A stretch of DNA of 64,000 nucleotides. It comes from Thermodesulfobacteriota bacterium. Lineage in GTDB: Bacteria > Desulfobacterota > Desulfobacteria > Desulfobacterales > SURF-7. The notes below the pieces were generated by a model. It did no database searches. It saw only the letters and a list, made by a program, of their open reading frames with translations, and was not told where the DNA came from. How positions within the stretch are numbered: the stretch's first letter is position 1; each line of letters opens with the position of its first letter. The stretch lies in assembly GCA_049320885.1 (NCBI GenBank), contig JBMORA010000018.1:32001-96000 (forward strand), written 5' to 3'. Shown one piece after another: positions 47,121 to 56,914 of the stretch. Both the position numbers and the translations under genes were made by a program.

Positions 47121-48572
47121 TTATAATTGAATCTTCAGCTTGAATGCCACCCGGTTGCCGTTTCGGTCCTGATTGGCCGAACTGATGGTTGCCGATGAGA
47201 ACAATTCGCTATTTTCCAACAGGTTCTTGATATCATCCACCATGGTCAGGCTGGCAGTGTCACCGCTGAGCTGCACGCTGTCCGGCCCGATGACCAACTG
47301 GGTCAGATCCACATCAATCCGGTCCGGAATCCGCTTGCTGATGTCGTTCAGGATATCGATGGCGCGAACCGCCCGCGCCTTATCGTCCGATACGGCGGAA
47401 GCCTCCCGAATCGTCTTGATTTCCGCCCGCATCTGCTGAACCGGATCAACGATGCGGGTTACCTGGGGAAAGGCGGCCCTGAACATTTCCCCGATTCGCT
47501 TGTCCATGACATCGATCTGTTTTCCCATGGCGTAAAAATCAAGCACCAGGTTGGCAAAAGCTGCCGTCAGCACAATGCCGGTCAAAAATGCCGCCTGCAG
47601 AATGTTTTTTTTATACGCCAGCCACTGTTTCATGGCGGTGAATCGCCGGCCGCCGAAATTAAAAACAGGGACATTGAGTTCCTTGCTGAGGGCCAGGGAA
47701 AGGGCATTGTCCATCAGCAGGGGGCGCCAGTCATCATCCCGCGGTTTAACGACGGTCAAACCCGCGTCCCGGACCAGATTGACCATTTTTACGGGAATCG
47801 ACAGCAAGCGGGTGAGTTCTTCCGCGAAACCTTCCGACGCTGCCCCGCTTCCGGTGACATGAACTTCCACGGGCGAAAAAATGACTCCCAGGATTTCCTC
47901 GGCCGCCGCCAAGGTGCGCCGGATATTGGTATCGATCATTTCCATGCGGCGCTGACCGCTGGCGTCCAATCCGAAAGCTCGAATCAGGCAGATCCGGCCG
48001 CCATGTACGGCAAACAGCGCCGCCTTGTTCGGCTCCACATCCACCAGCAGATATTGTTCCGGAATGTCCGGCAGACGGCGCAGGCAGTAGGCTGCCGGGT
48101 ACCCGCTCACGGTGATGGCGTCGACTTCAACCCCGACTGAGGCCAACCGGTTCCGAAGGTTGGACGGCAGGGATTTTTCCACCGTGGCCGTCAGCAAAGC
48201 CGACTGGCCGGAGGGTTGCGGCAGGTCCAGGATGTGAAAATCCGTCATGGCATCATCAATGGAAAGCGGCAGACTGGGTTCCAGTTCGAACGGAAGAATC
48301 TGTTTGATCTTCCTGGTTTCGGCGAACGGGACCCTCATATTCCGGAAGGATATCCGGTCGGCGGGCAACGAAGCGATACAGACGCTGCCGGCCGGGTCAA
48401 CCACCGTCAGAATTTTTTTCAGGGCCTCGACCTGTTTGTCTTCCGCTTCCGGGAAATCCGCCAGCGCCACAACCGCATGGGATTCGATCTCGAGGCCCTT
48501 CAGGCCCACGGCGACCATCACCGCCGAGATGGAATCCTGCTTGATGTCGATCCCCAGATATTTTCTGCTCAT
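47121..48572 (-). CDS. gspL: Type II secretion protein GspL (PilM-like cytoplasmic + PilN-like periplasmic domains)
   Basis: LGIDI actin-like start, LPFELE, TGSGA, one TM, then the periplasmic domain. Confidence 0.88.
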   Translation of the reverse strand: MSRKYLGIDIKQDSISAVMVAVGLKGLEIESHAVVALADFPEAEDKQVEALKKILTVVDPAGSVCIASLPADRISFRNMRVPFAETRKIKQILPFELEPSLPLSIDDAMTDFHILDLPQPSGQSALLTATVEKSLPSNLRNRLASVGVEVDAITVSGYPAAYCLRRLPDIPEQYLLVDVEPNKAALFAVHGGRICLIRAFGLDASGQRRMEMIDTNIRRTLAAAEEILGVIFSPVEVHVTGSGAASEGFAEELTRLLSIPVKMVNLVRDAGLTVVKPRDDDWRPLLMDNALSLALSKELNVPVFNFGGRRFTAMKQWLAYKKNILQAAFLTGIVLTAAFANLVLDFYAMGKQIDVMDKRIGEMFRAAFPQVTRIVDPVQQMRAEIKTIREASAVSDDKARAVRAIDILNDISKRIPDRIDVDLTQLVIGPDSVQLSGDTASLTMVDDIKNLLENSELFSSATISSANQDRNGNRVAFKLKIQL

Positions 48573-48672
48573 TGTCGGGGTCCCATGATCTTTTCATTCA
48601 GGAGTCTTCTTTCCCACCCCTGTTCCATTGCCATGTCGATGAAAAAACGCGCCCGGAGAGAACAGCTATAAT

Positions 48673-49764
48673 CTATTCCATCTCCCAACTCAAGACCCGG
48701 CATTGCCATTTGCCTGTTTCCGTATTTTTTTCCCGTTCGACAACGGCAATTGTGGTCTGCTTGACGCCGTGCAGCTCAGCGGTCGCCATGATCCGGAAGC
48801 AGTCGCTCTGGATGGTGATGAGATCCGGTTCGATGGTGATGTCGCCAAGGCCCGGCGCGCTCCGATACCAGTCCGGACTAGTGAGATCATGAACGAATTT
48901 GCCGCCGGACATCTCATCCCGATATTCCACTATTGCCTGGGCCAGGCTGGGATTCTCCCCGTCCGGCAGCAGCGCCGCGATCACCGGCAAGGAAGCCGTA
49001 TTGATATTGATTTTACCGGGGTAGGTGGATGTCCCCTGCCCTTCCCCTTCCTTCCCGATCATCCCGTGTACGGTCAGGTAATCCCAGATGAACGCGGAGC
49101 TGTCGACGGCCTCCAGGAGTTTGCGGACCCCTTTCACCAGCAGCAATTCCGAAACATGACGCATGGGCCCGTTCTGACAACGATATGGTGTTTCAAGATC
49201 TTGATAATAATCCGATTCTGCCCCACTCGCCCCGCTGATGGCATCGTCATCCCCCGAATCCAGCCAGTCCTTCATGGAATCGACGATGGCCATGGGACTG
49301 GTGTCGTCGTCATTCAGTCCTTCCATGGGCCTGATATATCTCAGGAAACGAAGCCACATCTGAAACTGGGGTTCGTTCGGTGTCTGGCCTTCCGGGAAAT
49401 TCACCAAGGCGTTGACCTGTATCCGGCTGAGTTCGTCGCTGATGACAAGGGTGAGCGTCCCTTCCTCAAAGGGAAATTCCTGAAGCGCCTGTTCGGTTAT
49501 GGTGGCGTCGGCCCATTCTTCCTGCAGGGAATCCACGTTGTCGGATTCGTTCTTGTCTCTGACCAGCATCCCCATGCCCACCTGCACCGCGGAGGAGGCC
49601 ATATGGGCGAGGGTGATTTTTTGGTGGATGACACCGGTCATGTCCGCGGCCGAGCCGACTTTTCGGTTTAATTCCATCACCGTCGTCATCAACAGAACAA
49701 TGACCGTCAGAGTGATCAGGACGGCGATTCCATGGCGGTTCTTCACTGGAAGCAGCGATTTCAC
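48673..49764 (-). CDS. gspK: Minor pseudopilin GspK
   Basis: G|IAVLITL prepilin site, DWLDSGDD, and KININTA motifs. Confidence 0.92.
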   Translation of the reverse strand: MKSLLPVKNRHGIAVLITLTVIVLLMTTVMELNRKVGSAADMTGVIHQKITLAHMASSAVQVGMGMLVRDKNESDNVDSLQEEWADATITEQALQEFPFEEGTLTLVISDELSRIQVNALVNFPEGQTPNEPQFQMWLRFLRYIRPMEGLNDDDTSPMAIVDSMKDWLDSGDDDAISGASGAESDYYQDLETPYRCQNGPMRHVSELLLVKGVRKLLEAVDSSAFIWDYLTVHGMIGKEGEGQGTSTYPGKININTASLPVIAALLPDGENPSLAQAIVEYRDEMSGGKFVHDLTSPDWYRSAPGLGDITIEPDLITIQSDCFRIMATAELHGVKQTTIAVVEREKNTETGKWQCRVLSWEME

Positions 49765-50532
49765 CTAAAGGGTATTCTCCTTCTTCAACCGCCGGACGGG
49801 CAACGCCACCATCGTTTCAAACGGATGCACCGTCCCGCCGCTCTCCATCTCGAGAATCAGCCGGATCGCGGCAGGAGTGGCATAGCCGGTTTCGTCGGCA
49901 TCCGAATCCCAGGTCTCGTGCTCCTCCCCGTCCTCATCATAAAATAAAAACCGCAACGATTTCACGTCCCGGCACAGGATCGGATCATTTCTCGGCAGTT
50001 CCGGCGACGCCTCCAGGATCTGGCAGTCCGACCGCCGCAACACGTTCACCCCATCCATTCGGTCGACATAATAGGTGATCTCCCCTATTCCCTCGGGCAG
50101 ACCGCCGGAAAGCGGCAGATGGGCTCCAGAGGCAAACCGCAGTTTATACCGGCCTCCCTCCACATCCGTGTCCATTTCTTCGCAGACCAGCCGATAGGGA
50201 TCCGGCGTGTCGGTTTTTTCCGGCGATTGATACATCGAATCCGGCGTGATCTGAATCGCCGTGAGATCCGCCGTCATCCGGTAAAAACATCCCTGGGCCA
50301 TGGCATAAATCCGCAGGTGTTCCTCCACTGCTTCGCTATTGGAAAACAGGAGTTGAAACGATCCGAAAATGGTCACCATGATGATGGTCATGATGAAAAC
50401 GGCCAGCAATACTTCAATCAAGGTAAAACCCGCTGTCCGCCCTGCTCGTTTATCATTCACCTGCGCCGACCTTTCCGGTGCCGCCCGATCAGCAAGCGGC
50501 GGTATCTGTATAAGGGGATCACGGCGACCCAA
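49765..50532 (-). CDS. gspJ: Minor pseudopilin GspJ
   Basis: G|FTLIEVLLA N-methylation motif; order within the cluster. Start uncertain. Confidence 0.85.
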   Translation of the reverse strand: MGRRDPLIQIPPLADRAAPERSAQVNDKRAGRTAGFTLIEVLLAVFIMTIIMVTIFGSFQLLFSNSEAVEEHLRIYAMAQGCFYRMTADLTAIQITPDSMYQSPEKTDTPDPYRLVCEEMDTDVEGGRYKLRFASGAHLPLSGGLPEGIGEITYYVDRMDGVNVLRRSDCQILEASPELPRNDPILCRDVKSLRFLFYDEDGEEHETWDSDADETGYATPAAIRLILEMESGGTVHPFETMVALPVRRLKKENTL

Positions 50533-50920
50533 ACCGATAGCTTCTCAGGGTGTACTTCTGCTCCCCGGAATTCGCGGAAACGGTGACATCGATCCGCTTC
50601 ATATCGGCGGCCGCGGGCCCCAGGGTTTCCGATTCCACCGCCTGGATGGTAAATTGAAACCGATACCCGTCGAAGCGGTCACCGAAATCACCTTCGCCTT
50701 CCTCCTGCTTTTCCTGAAGACCGGCTTCTATTTCAGCCATTTTCTCCTGGGCCAGCAACGGAGCGACGGTATAAAACTGCGATCCGCCGGCCATCATGAC
50801 GGTTTGGGAATGAACGTGAAAAACAGCGGTTAATACAATGGCGATAATGGACAGGGCCACCATGACTTCCAGCAGGGTAAACCCTCTGGGGGGATGGAGA
50901 AGGCGGATACCCATGATCAT
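50519..50920 (-). CDS. gspI: Minor pseudopilin GspI
   Basis: G|FTLLEVMVAL motif; 133 aa. Confidence 0.88.
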   Translation of the reverse strand: MIMGIRLLHPPRGFTLLEVMVALSIIAIVLTAVFHVHSQTVMMAGGSQFYTVAPLLAQEKMAEIEAGLQEKQEEGEGDFGDRFDGYRFQFTIQAVESETLGPAAADMKRIDVTVSANSGEQKYTLRSYRFGSP

Positions 50921-51465
50921 TGCGGATAACTCACATATTCTTCCCGAAGTTCGACGGTCGCCAGGAATGGCTCAATCAACAGGGAAATCGGTTTTTCATC
51001 CCTTCCGATCAGATGAATGACGGCTCGGTCCGAATACCCCTTTTTAAAAAAATGAATCTCCGCGGTCTCCTGTGAAACAGCACCTTTTCCGAAAAACTCC
51101 ACATCGGTCAGACGCAGGCTTTCCGGCAGCGGATATGCACTTGCCGCGGCTTTTTCCAATTCCTCCTCCGAAGCCATGGTTTCATCGGCGACCCATATCC
51201 GCTGTTCACGGAGATCCAGGTGCATGGTGAAATCCCTCTGCCGATGAACGGCGTTGACTTTCAGCTGGCCGGTTTGCACCAACAGAAATCGAATGGCGGC
51301 ATCGGTATTGTCCTCGAACAGAAACGCCGAAAAACGAGGGGTGGCCACAAAGAGCATGATGGCGATGACAGCCATGACCACAACCAGTTCAATCAGGGTG
51401 AAGCCCTCGGCGCCAGCTGGAACATCAGCCCGCCGCGACGGCTGCTGGAGGTCATCGGACGTCAA
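50917..51465 (-). CDS. gspH: Minor pseudopilin GspH
   Basis: G|FTLIELVVVM motif. Start uncertain: TTG at 51465 chosen to avoid overlap with gspG; the ORF extends to 51600. Confidence 0.82.
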   Translation of the reverse strand: MTSDDLQQPSRRADVPAGAEGFTLIELVVVMAVIAIMLFVATPRFSAFLFEDNTDAAIRFLLVQTGQLKVNAVHRQRDFTMHLDLREQRIWVADETMASEEELEKAAASAYPLPESLRLTDVEFFGKGAVSQETAEIHFFKKGYSDRAVIHLIGRDEKPISLLIEPFLATVELREEYVSYPQ

Positions 51466-51517
51466 CTCCCGCCGATCGCCAAGGGCTCCGAAGCACCATG
51501 AGTCGGCCGGTGGACGC

Positions 51518-51970
51518 CTATCTCGTATCCCAGTTGCTGATGTCCTTGTTAAATTCTTCACCACCGACAGCTCCGTCGGCGCCATAGCTGATGATATCAT
51601 AGTCCCCCTGGAGCCCCGGACTCAGATAGATATAGTCATTTTCCCAGGGATCCTTCGGCACGGACCTCTTTTCCAGATATCCTCCACGGCGCCATTTCTT
51701 GGGCAAAACGCCCACGGTGGGCATCTCCACCAGGGCTAAAAGACCCTGCTCCGTCGTGGGATACATTCCGTTGTCCAGTTTGTACAATTTCAAGGCCGAC
51801 TCCAGCGCCACGATATCCATCCTGGCTTTATTTTGCCGGGCCTCATCGGGCGCTTCCATGAAATTGACCGTGATAATGGTCGCCAGGATACCCAGTATCA
51901 CGATGACCACCATCAATTCAATAAAAGTGAAGCCGGCATTGTCGACTGCAACCCATCGTGTTCTTTTCAT
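51518..51970 (-). CDS. gspG: Major pseudopilin GspG
   Basis: [33 protein letters not shown] and SYGADG..GGE...DISNW motifs. Confidence 0.96.
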   Translation of the reverse strand: MKRTRWVAVDNAGFTFIELMVVIVILGILATIITVNFMEAPDEARQNKARMDIVALESALKLYKLDNGMYPTTEQGLLALVEMPTVGVLPKKWRRGGYLEKRSVPKDPWENDYIYLSPGLQGDYDIISYGADGAVGGEEFNKDISNWDTR

Positions 51971-52082
51971 CAATTTACTTCCTCCAGGCTCTATCCGGTT
52001 GAATTTGAATACATTGTATGAAGTTTGCGTTCAACTTCTCCGAATGGGTTTCAGCATACGGCATCCCGGAGCGGGAATCAAG

Positions 52083-52457
52083 TCATCCGGTTGTGCCGCG
52101 GTTTTGAATTTCCTGGAGGACTTTGCTGGAAAATCCACGATCCATATCATCCAACGCAAAGGTCAGGGCCGCTTCGATCAGCGCGGATTTATTTTCAATG
52201 CGGACACCTGCCAATTTCAACTCATGGAACTTCCGGTTGAAACGCTCCAACAGTTCAGCGGACAAATAAAATCCCGCCTTTTTTTTACCCGCCGGGCTCA
52301 GTTCCTCCTGGATGGAGTTCTTTTGCCGGCTTTGCGCCGGTTCCATCCCCGGTCGATCCGCTCGCCCACGATTCTCTCCGGTTGCCGTTTTAACCGGATC
52401 GAACCCATCCTCCTCGAAAAAGGCAGGGAACCGGCTCCCATCAGAGGTCATCTCCAT
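52083..52457 (-). CDS. Small ParA-associated protein: disordered N-terminus and RHH-like C-terminus
   Basis: Overlaps the parA end; KKKAGFYLSAELLERFNRKF...NKSALIEAALTFAL strand-helix-helix pattern. Confidence 0.7.
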   Translation of the reverse strand: MEMTSDGSRFPAFFEEDGFDPVKTATGENRGRADRPGMEPAQSRQKNSIQEELSPAGKKKAGFYLSAELLERFNRKFHELKLAGVRIENKSALIEAALTFALDDMDRGFSSKVLQEIQNRGTTG

Positions 52458-53208
52458 TTACCCTCCTGATCAGTTTTTTGTATCCATCGGCCCCCACCGC
52501 CTTGTCCTTATATTCAAAGATCGTCAAGCCCAATGATGGGGCCTCCGACAGACGGACATTGTAATGGATTGGATCACAAATCTGCTTCTTGAACAATCGA
52601 CGGAGTTGAGTCAGGATTTCCAGGCTTTGCCTCGTTCGTTGATCGAACATGGTCGGCAGGATATATTTGAGTTGCAGTTCCGTGTTCAGTTTCTGGGCCG
52701 ACAACAGATAACCGAAGAACGTTTTCAGGCCCTCCAGGGAAGGCCCCTGCAAGGCCACTGGACAAAGAACTTCTTCCACGGCCATCAGGATATTGACACT
52801 TAAAACATCCCAGCCGGGTGCACAGTCAAAAATCAAATAATCAAGGGTTCCCTGCTTCGGCACCAGAATCTTTCCAAGGATCGTCTGGCGCACCTCCCGG
52901 GGCTGTTCACCCAGCCAATGCTTCAATTCCACCAGACCGATCCCCCCGGCCAGCAACCAGAGATTGTTCCGGCAGGGGAAAATAACTTCCTGCTTGGAAA
53001 CAAAAGAGCCGTTTTTGTCCCTGCCGGTCACGAATTCATATAGCCCGTAGGTCGGCTTGACTCCCAAAAATTTGGATGTTTGTCCCTGGGTGTCACAGTC
53101 CACCAGCAGTACCCGGTATCCCAGCATCGATAAACCGTGGGCCAGATTAACGGCAGTGGTTGTCTTTCCGACACCGCCCTTGGCCATGGCAATGGCGATT
53201 TTCCTCAT
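52441..53208 (-). CDS. ParA/Soj-family ATPase (orphan, no ParB)
   Basis: Deviant Walker A KGGVGKTT, VDCDTQG, FDCAPG, PTMFDQRT and NVRLSEAPS motifs. Alternative start at 53223. Confidence 0.92.
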   Translation of the reverse strand: MRKIAIAMAKGGVGKTTTAVNLAHGLSMLGYRVLLVDCDTQGQTSKFLGVKPTYGLYEFVTGRDKNGSFVSKQEVIFPCRNNLWLLAGGIGLVELKHWLGEQPREVRQTILGKILVPKQGTLDYLIFDCAPGWDVLSVNILMAVEEVLCPVALQGPSLEGLKTFFGYLLSAQKLNTELQLKYILPTMFDQRTRQSLEILTQLRRLFKKQICDPIHYNVRLSEAPSLGLTIFEYKDKAVGADGYKKLIRRVNGDDL

Positions 53209-53460
53209 GAGGCGAACTCCCATGGAAAAAAGTGGCTCTCGTGCAATCCTTCGACTGTATATTTTCCTTCTGTTAGATAATCAATAGGAACTTTTCCATT
53301 TTTCCGGATCACCGGGTCGGTGGAAAATCCACTCCTGGCCATTAGATTGTTCTTGCCCTTCCGTGCGGAATGCTATATGAAAAAAATGCCCTATTACCCA
53401 GAAAAAAAACACGCCGATATTCTTAACTAAAATGGGCAAATTCCCATAACATGGGTTTCG

Positions 53461-53481
53461 ATTGTGAAATATTTGCCATAC
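53461..53481. promoter_or_regulatory. 21-bp motif shared with 57081-57101; candidate transcription-factor site
   Basis: ATTGTGAAATATTTGCCATAC vs ATTCTGAAATAATTGCCATAC, 19/21 identical, both intergenic. Confidence 0.5.
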
Positions 53482-53520
53482 GGAAGGGCGTAACGGCCGG
53501 AGGGAATTTCAGAGGCGGGG

Positions 53521-53910
53521 ATGACCAAACCATACAAAATGTTGATCATCGATGACAGCCAGGTAATACTTGGAACCTACAACAAATTTTTTACAAAAAA
53601 AAATTACCGCGTTATAACCGCCACCAACGGCCTGGATGGACTAAAACTGATCGAATCCGAAAAAGAGCGTTTCGACGTGGTGATCACCGATATCGTCATG
53701 CCCAACATCAGCGGTGTTGGGATCATCGCCATTGTGAAAAAAAAATACCCCGAAATCCCGATAATCGCCATAACGGGTTGGGGCGAACATCCGGAAGTTC
53801 TGGCTCTGGAAGCATCGGCGGACATGGTCCTCGAGAAACCCATCGATCTCATCGAGCTGGATAAAATCATCACCGACCTGATTCGCAAAAAAAAGCAAAA
53901 AATGGATTAG
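53521..53910 (+). CDS. Single-domain response regulator (REC)
   Basis: IIDD, TDIVMP (phospho-Asp), ITG and EKP motifs. Confidence 0.92.
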   Translation: MTKPYKMLIIDDSQVILGTYNKFFTKKNYRVITATNGLDGLKLIESEKERFDVVITDIVMPNISGVGIIAIVKKKYPEIPIIAITGWGEHPEVLALEASADMVLEKPIDLIELDKIITDLIRKKKQKMD

Positions 53911-53917
53911 CATCAAA

Positions 53918-54958
53918 ATGGGTCCTCCGATTATTGGCATCAGCAGGGAAATTGAACGGATCAACGATCTGATCAAACACGTGGCCGATACCGGCCTGAA
54001 CATCGTCATTTCAGGGGAAACCGGTGTCGGGAAGGAAGTCGTTGCCCAGAATCTCTATCAGAATTCGCCGCGTTTGGGAAAGCCGTTTGTGAAAGTGAAC
54101 TGTGCGGCGCTTCCCGAAGGCTTGCTGGAAAGCGAGTTGTACGGCTATGAAAAAGGCGCTTTTACAGGAGCGGATCAGAAACGGCGCGGTAAATTCGAAT
54201 TGGCCAACGGTGGCGTCCTGTTTCTGGATGAAATCGGCGATATGCCGCTATTGCTCCAATCCAAACTGCTGCATGTTCTCCAAAGCGGTGAATTCGCCCC
54301 GCTTGGTTCTGAAAAGGAGTTAAAAACCGATACATGGCTGATCGCGGCAACGAACCATAACCTGGAACAGGAAATCAAGGAGCGGAAATTCCGCGAAGAT
54401 CTGTTTTACCGGCTGAATATCATTACGATCCACGTGCCGCCCCTGCGGGAACGACCGGAAGATATTCCACACCTGATCGACTATTATATCACGATCTATA
54501 CTTCCAAATTCAACAACAAGCATATGTTGAAACCGAATTCACGCATTCTGGAAAAACTGGCCCTTTATCCATGGCCTGGCAATGTACGCGAACTTCAGAA
54601 TGTGCTGAAACGTGTTCTGGTGTTGGGAAGCTGGGATGATATCATCGCCGAATTGTTTGCCCGCAATTATTCACCGGAAGAACCACCTTCGGTTGCTCAA
54701 CAACCCCTTGCATCAACCACTGCCTTCGGCGATTCGCTTCTGCCGAAGGAGGATTTCAGCCGTCTCGAATCTTTTTCACTCAAGGAAATCAAGCGCCAAG
54801 CCCTTGACCGCGTGGAGAAGGACGCCATCTTGTATATCCTGGAAAAAACCGGCTGGAACCGAAGCAAGGCATCAAAAATACTTAAGATAAGCTATAAAAC
54901 CCTGCTCTATAAAATTCAGGACCTGCACATCCAGCCGCCCACAGACAAGGGATATTGA
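53918..54958 (+). CDS. Sigma54-dependent activator (AAA+ and Fis HTH) lacking an N-terminal sensory domain
   Basis: GETGVGKE, GAFTGA, FLDEIG, FREDLFYRL, WPGNVREL and WNRSKASKILKISYKTL; AAA+ domain starts at residue ~5. Confidence 0.92.
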   Translation: MGPPIIGISREIERINDLIKHVADTGLNIVISGETGVGKEVVAQNLYQNSPRLGKPFVKVNCAALPEGLLESELYGYEKGAFTGADQKRRGKFELANGGVLFLDEIGDMPLLLQSKLLHVLQSGEFAPLGSEKELKTDTWLIAATNHNLEQEIKERKFREDLFYRLNIITIHVPPLRERPEDIPHLIDYYITIYTSKFNNKHMLKPNSRILEKLALYPWPGNVRELQNVLKRVLVLGSWDDIIAELFARNYSPEEPPSVAQQPLASTTAFGDSLLPKEDFSRLESFSLKEIKRQALDRVEKDAILYILEKTGWNRSKASKILKISYKTLLYKIQDLHIQPPTDKGY

Positions 54959-54974
54959 GTTCCAGAAACCGGTG

Positions 54975-56480
54975 TCAGGCCTGATCCTGCATATGGTATT
55001 TGGATAACAGGCGGGAAAGGTAGGTGCGCTGAATTCCCATCACCTTGGCGGCCTTGCTGCGATTGCCGTCCGTGTTTTCCAGATTCAGCCGGATAAATTC
55101 CTTTTTGAAGCGATTCAGCGCTTCATTCAGCGTCAGGCCCACCTGCATGCCGGGGAAATCCTGTTTGGCCATGAGAATCGGCAAATCCTCCGGCAGAACC
55201 TCCTGCCTGTTTCCCATAACCACGGCCCTTTCCAGTGCGTTTCGGAGCTCCCGCACATTTCCCGGCCAATCATACCGGATCATTTTTTCCAGCGCCTTTT
55301 GGGAGATCGCCAGGTGCTGCAGACCACGCTCCTGTTTGAATATATTCAGGTAATGGTCGGCGATCGGCTGGATATCGTCCCGGCGCTCCCGCAGGGGCGG
55401 CATCTCGATTCTGACGACGTTCAACCGGTAAAATAAATCCTCCCTGAATTTTCCTTCCGCAACATCCTGATCAATATTGCGGTTGGTCGCCGAAATCACC
55501 CGCACATTGACGAATATCGGGTTGTTGCCTCCCACCCGATAAAACATCCCTTCCTGCAGGACCCGTAAGAGTTTTGCCTGCATGCCGGGGCTCATTTCCC
55601 CGATTTCATCCAAAAAAATGGTCCCGCCGTCGGCCAGTTCGAATTTTCCGTTTTTTCTCGCCCCCGCTCCCGTATAGGCACCCTTCTCATGGCCGAATAG
55701 TTCGTCTTCCAACAAAGATTCCGGCAAGGCGGCGCAATTGAGTACCACCATGGGCTTGTTTTTTCGCGGTCCGACACGGTGGATCAGTCGCGCCAGCAAT
55801 TCCTTGCCCGTGCCGCTCTCTCCCAATATCAGTGTAGTGGTATCGGAGTCGGCCACCTTGAGAGCCTCGCCGATAACTTTCTTGATGGCCCGGCTTTCGC
55901 CGACAATCCGGTATTTGATGCCCAGTTCTTCCCGCAAGTCCTTGTTTTCTTTTTTAACCTGAATAACCTGACGGGCATTGCCGATTCCTTGCGCAGCCAA
56001 ATCAGCGAATTCGATAAGTATTCTTAGATCTATCTCTTGAAACTGCCCCCCGTCCGCCTTATCGATGATTTCCACCACACCGATGATCTCCTGACCGATT
56101 TTCATGGGCGCGCAGACGATTGAATGGGTGCGGAATCCGATGGAATCGCTGATCTCCTTGTTCCAACGTCCGTCCTGGGATACGTCCCGGATCAACAGGG
56201 GATTGCCGGTCTGGGCAACCTGACCAGCGATCCCTTTACCGAGTTCAATTTCAAATTGTTTGATTTCTTCTTTTTTTTCGCCAGTTGCGACCTTGAAATA
56301 CAATCTGCGGGTCTTCGGGTCCAGCAGCAGCAGGGAACCGGCCTTGGCCCGCATGATCCGGATGGCTTTTTCAATGGTGAATTCCAAAAACCGGTCCAGA
56401 TCGTGCAACGGCGATCCCCAAGACGGAAGTTCCTGTAAATCCTCGCTATCTCTTAGATATACGGGTGTTTTTGATTCCAT
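54975..56480 (-). CDS. GAF-domain sigma54-dependent activator
   Basis: N-terminal GAF (GKGIAGQVA...SIVCAPM), GESGTGKE, GAYTGA, WPGNVREL and HTH. Confidence 0.93.
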   Translation of the reverse strand: MESKTPVYLRDSEDLQELPSWGSPLHDLDRFLEFTIEKAIRIMRAKAGSLLLLDPKTRRLYFKVATGEKKEEIKQFEIELGKGIAGQVAQTGNPLLIRDVSQDGRWNKEISDSIGFRTHSIVCAPMKIGQEIIGVVEIIDKADGGQFQEIDLRILIEFADLAAQGIGNARQVIQVKKENKDLREELGIKYRIVGESRAIKKVIGEALKVADSDTTTLILGESGTGKELLARLIHRVGPRKNKPMVVLNCAALPESLLEDELFGHEKGAYTGAGARKNGKFELADGGTIFLDEIGEMSPGMQAKLLRVLQEGMFYRVGGNNPIFVNVRVISATNRNIDQDVAEGKFREDLFYRLNVVRIEMPPLRERRDDIQPIADHYLNIFKQERGLQHLAISQKALEKMIRYDWPGNVRELRNALERAVVMGNRQEVLPEDLPILMAKQDFPGMQVGLTLNEALNRFKKEFIRLNLENTDGNRSKAAKVMGIQRTYLSRLLSKYHMQDQA

Positions 56481-56537
56481 GCGATCTCTCGGCGACGGTG
56501 GGAGGGTTCGGTATATTCCATCAACTCATGTGAACAG

Positions 56538-56566
56538 AACATATCCGAAAGCATGGATTGTGTCAA
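56538..56566 (-). promoter_or_regulatory. Sigma70-type promoter for the GAF activator
   Basis: Minus strand TTGACA-N17-TATGTT. Confidence 0.55.
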
Positions 56567-56638
56567 TTTATTGGATTCCCGGAAACAGGGGGGCTATGAA
56601 AAACGAGGCGGCGACTATTTCAACAGCTGTCGTATCCG

Positions 56639-56848
56639 CTATTTTACGGATAAACGCGGGACGGATCGCCGGTCTTCCCCGGAACGACGGTCAACGCCGC
56701 TGCGCCGCTCGGGAATATAGGAGGTGTAGGAGAACATCCTTCTGTCTCCGTCGCGTCGCCTGCCGCCGTTATCGGACAGATTTGTTTGTTCCAGATGATC
56801 GGACATATACATATTCACCAGCGTTTCCATGGCAAGGTTTTGGATCAT
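56639..56848 (-). CDS. Small Arg-rich protein with tandem [D/E]RR repeats
   Basis: GGRRRDGDRR...ERRSGVDRRSGEDRR; sigma54 promoter upstream. Start may be downstream of 56848. Confidence 0.65.
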   Translation of the reverse strand: MIQNLAMETLVNMYMSDHLEQTNLSDNGGRRRDGDRRMFSYTSYIPERRSGVDRRSGEDRRSVPRLSVK

Positions 56849-56914
56849 AATACATCGGCTCTCATTATTTCAGCATGTTTTAGCATAATACCATCAACAT
56901 GGTGTCTTTTTAGA

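Noticed and set aside
52053..52068. GG-N10-GC upstream of gspG (CGGGATGCCGTATGCT)
   Set aside because: Spacing fits sigma54, but the flanks deviate from TGGCA/TTGC; too weak to call.
28295..53208. Integrated plasmid/ICE suggested by ParM, ParA and RecD2
   Set aside because: No integrase, rep, relaxase, T4SS or att repeats seen; composition matches the housekeeping genes.
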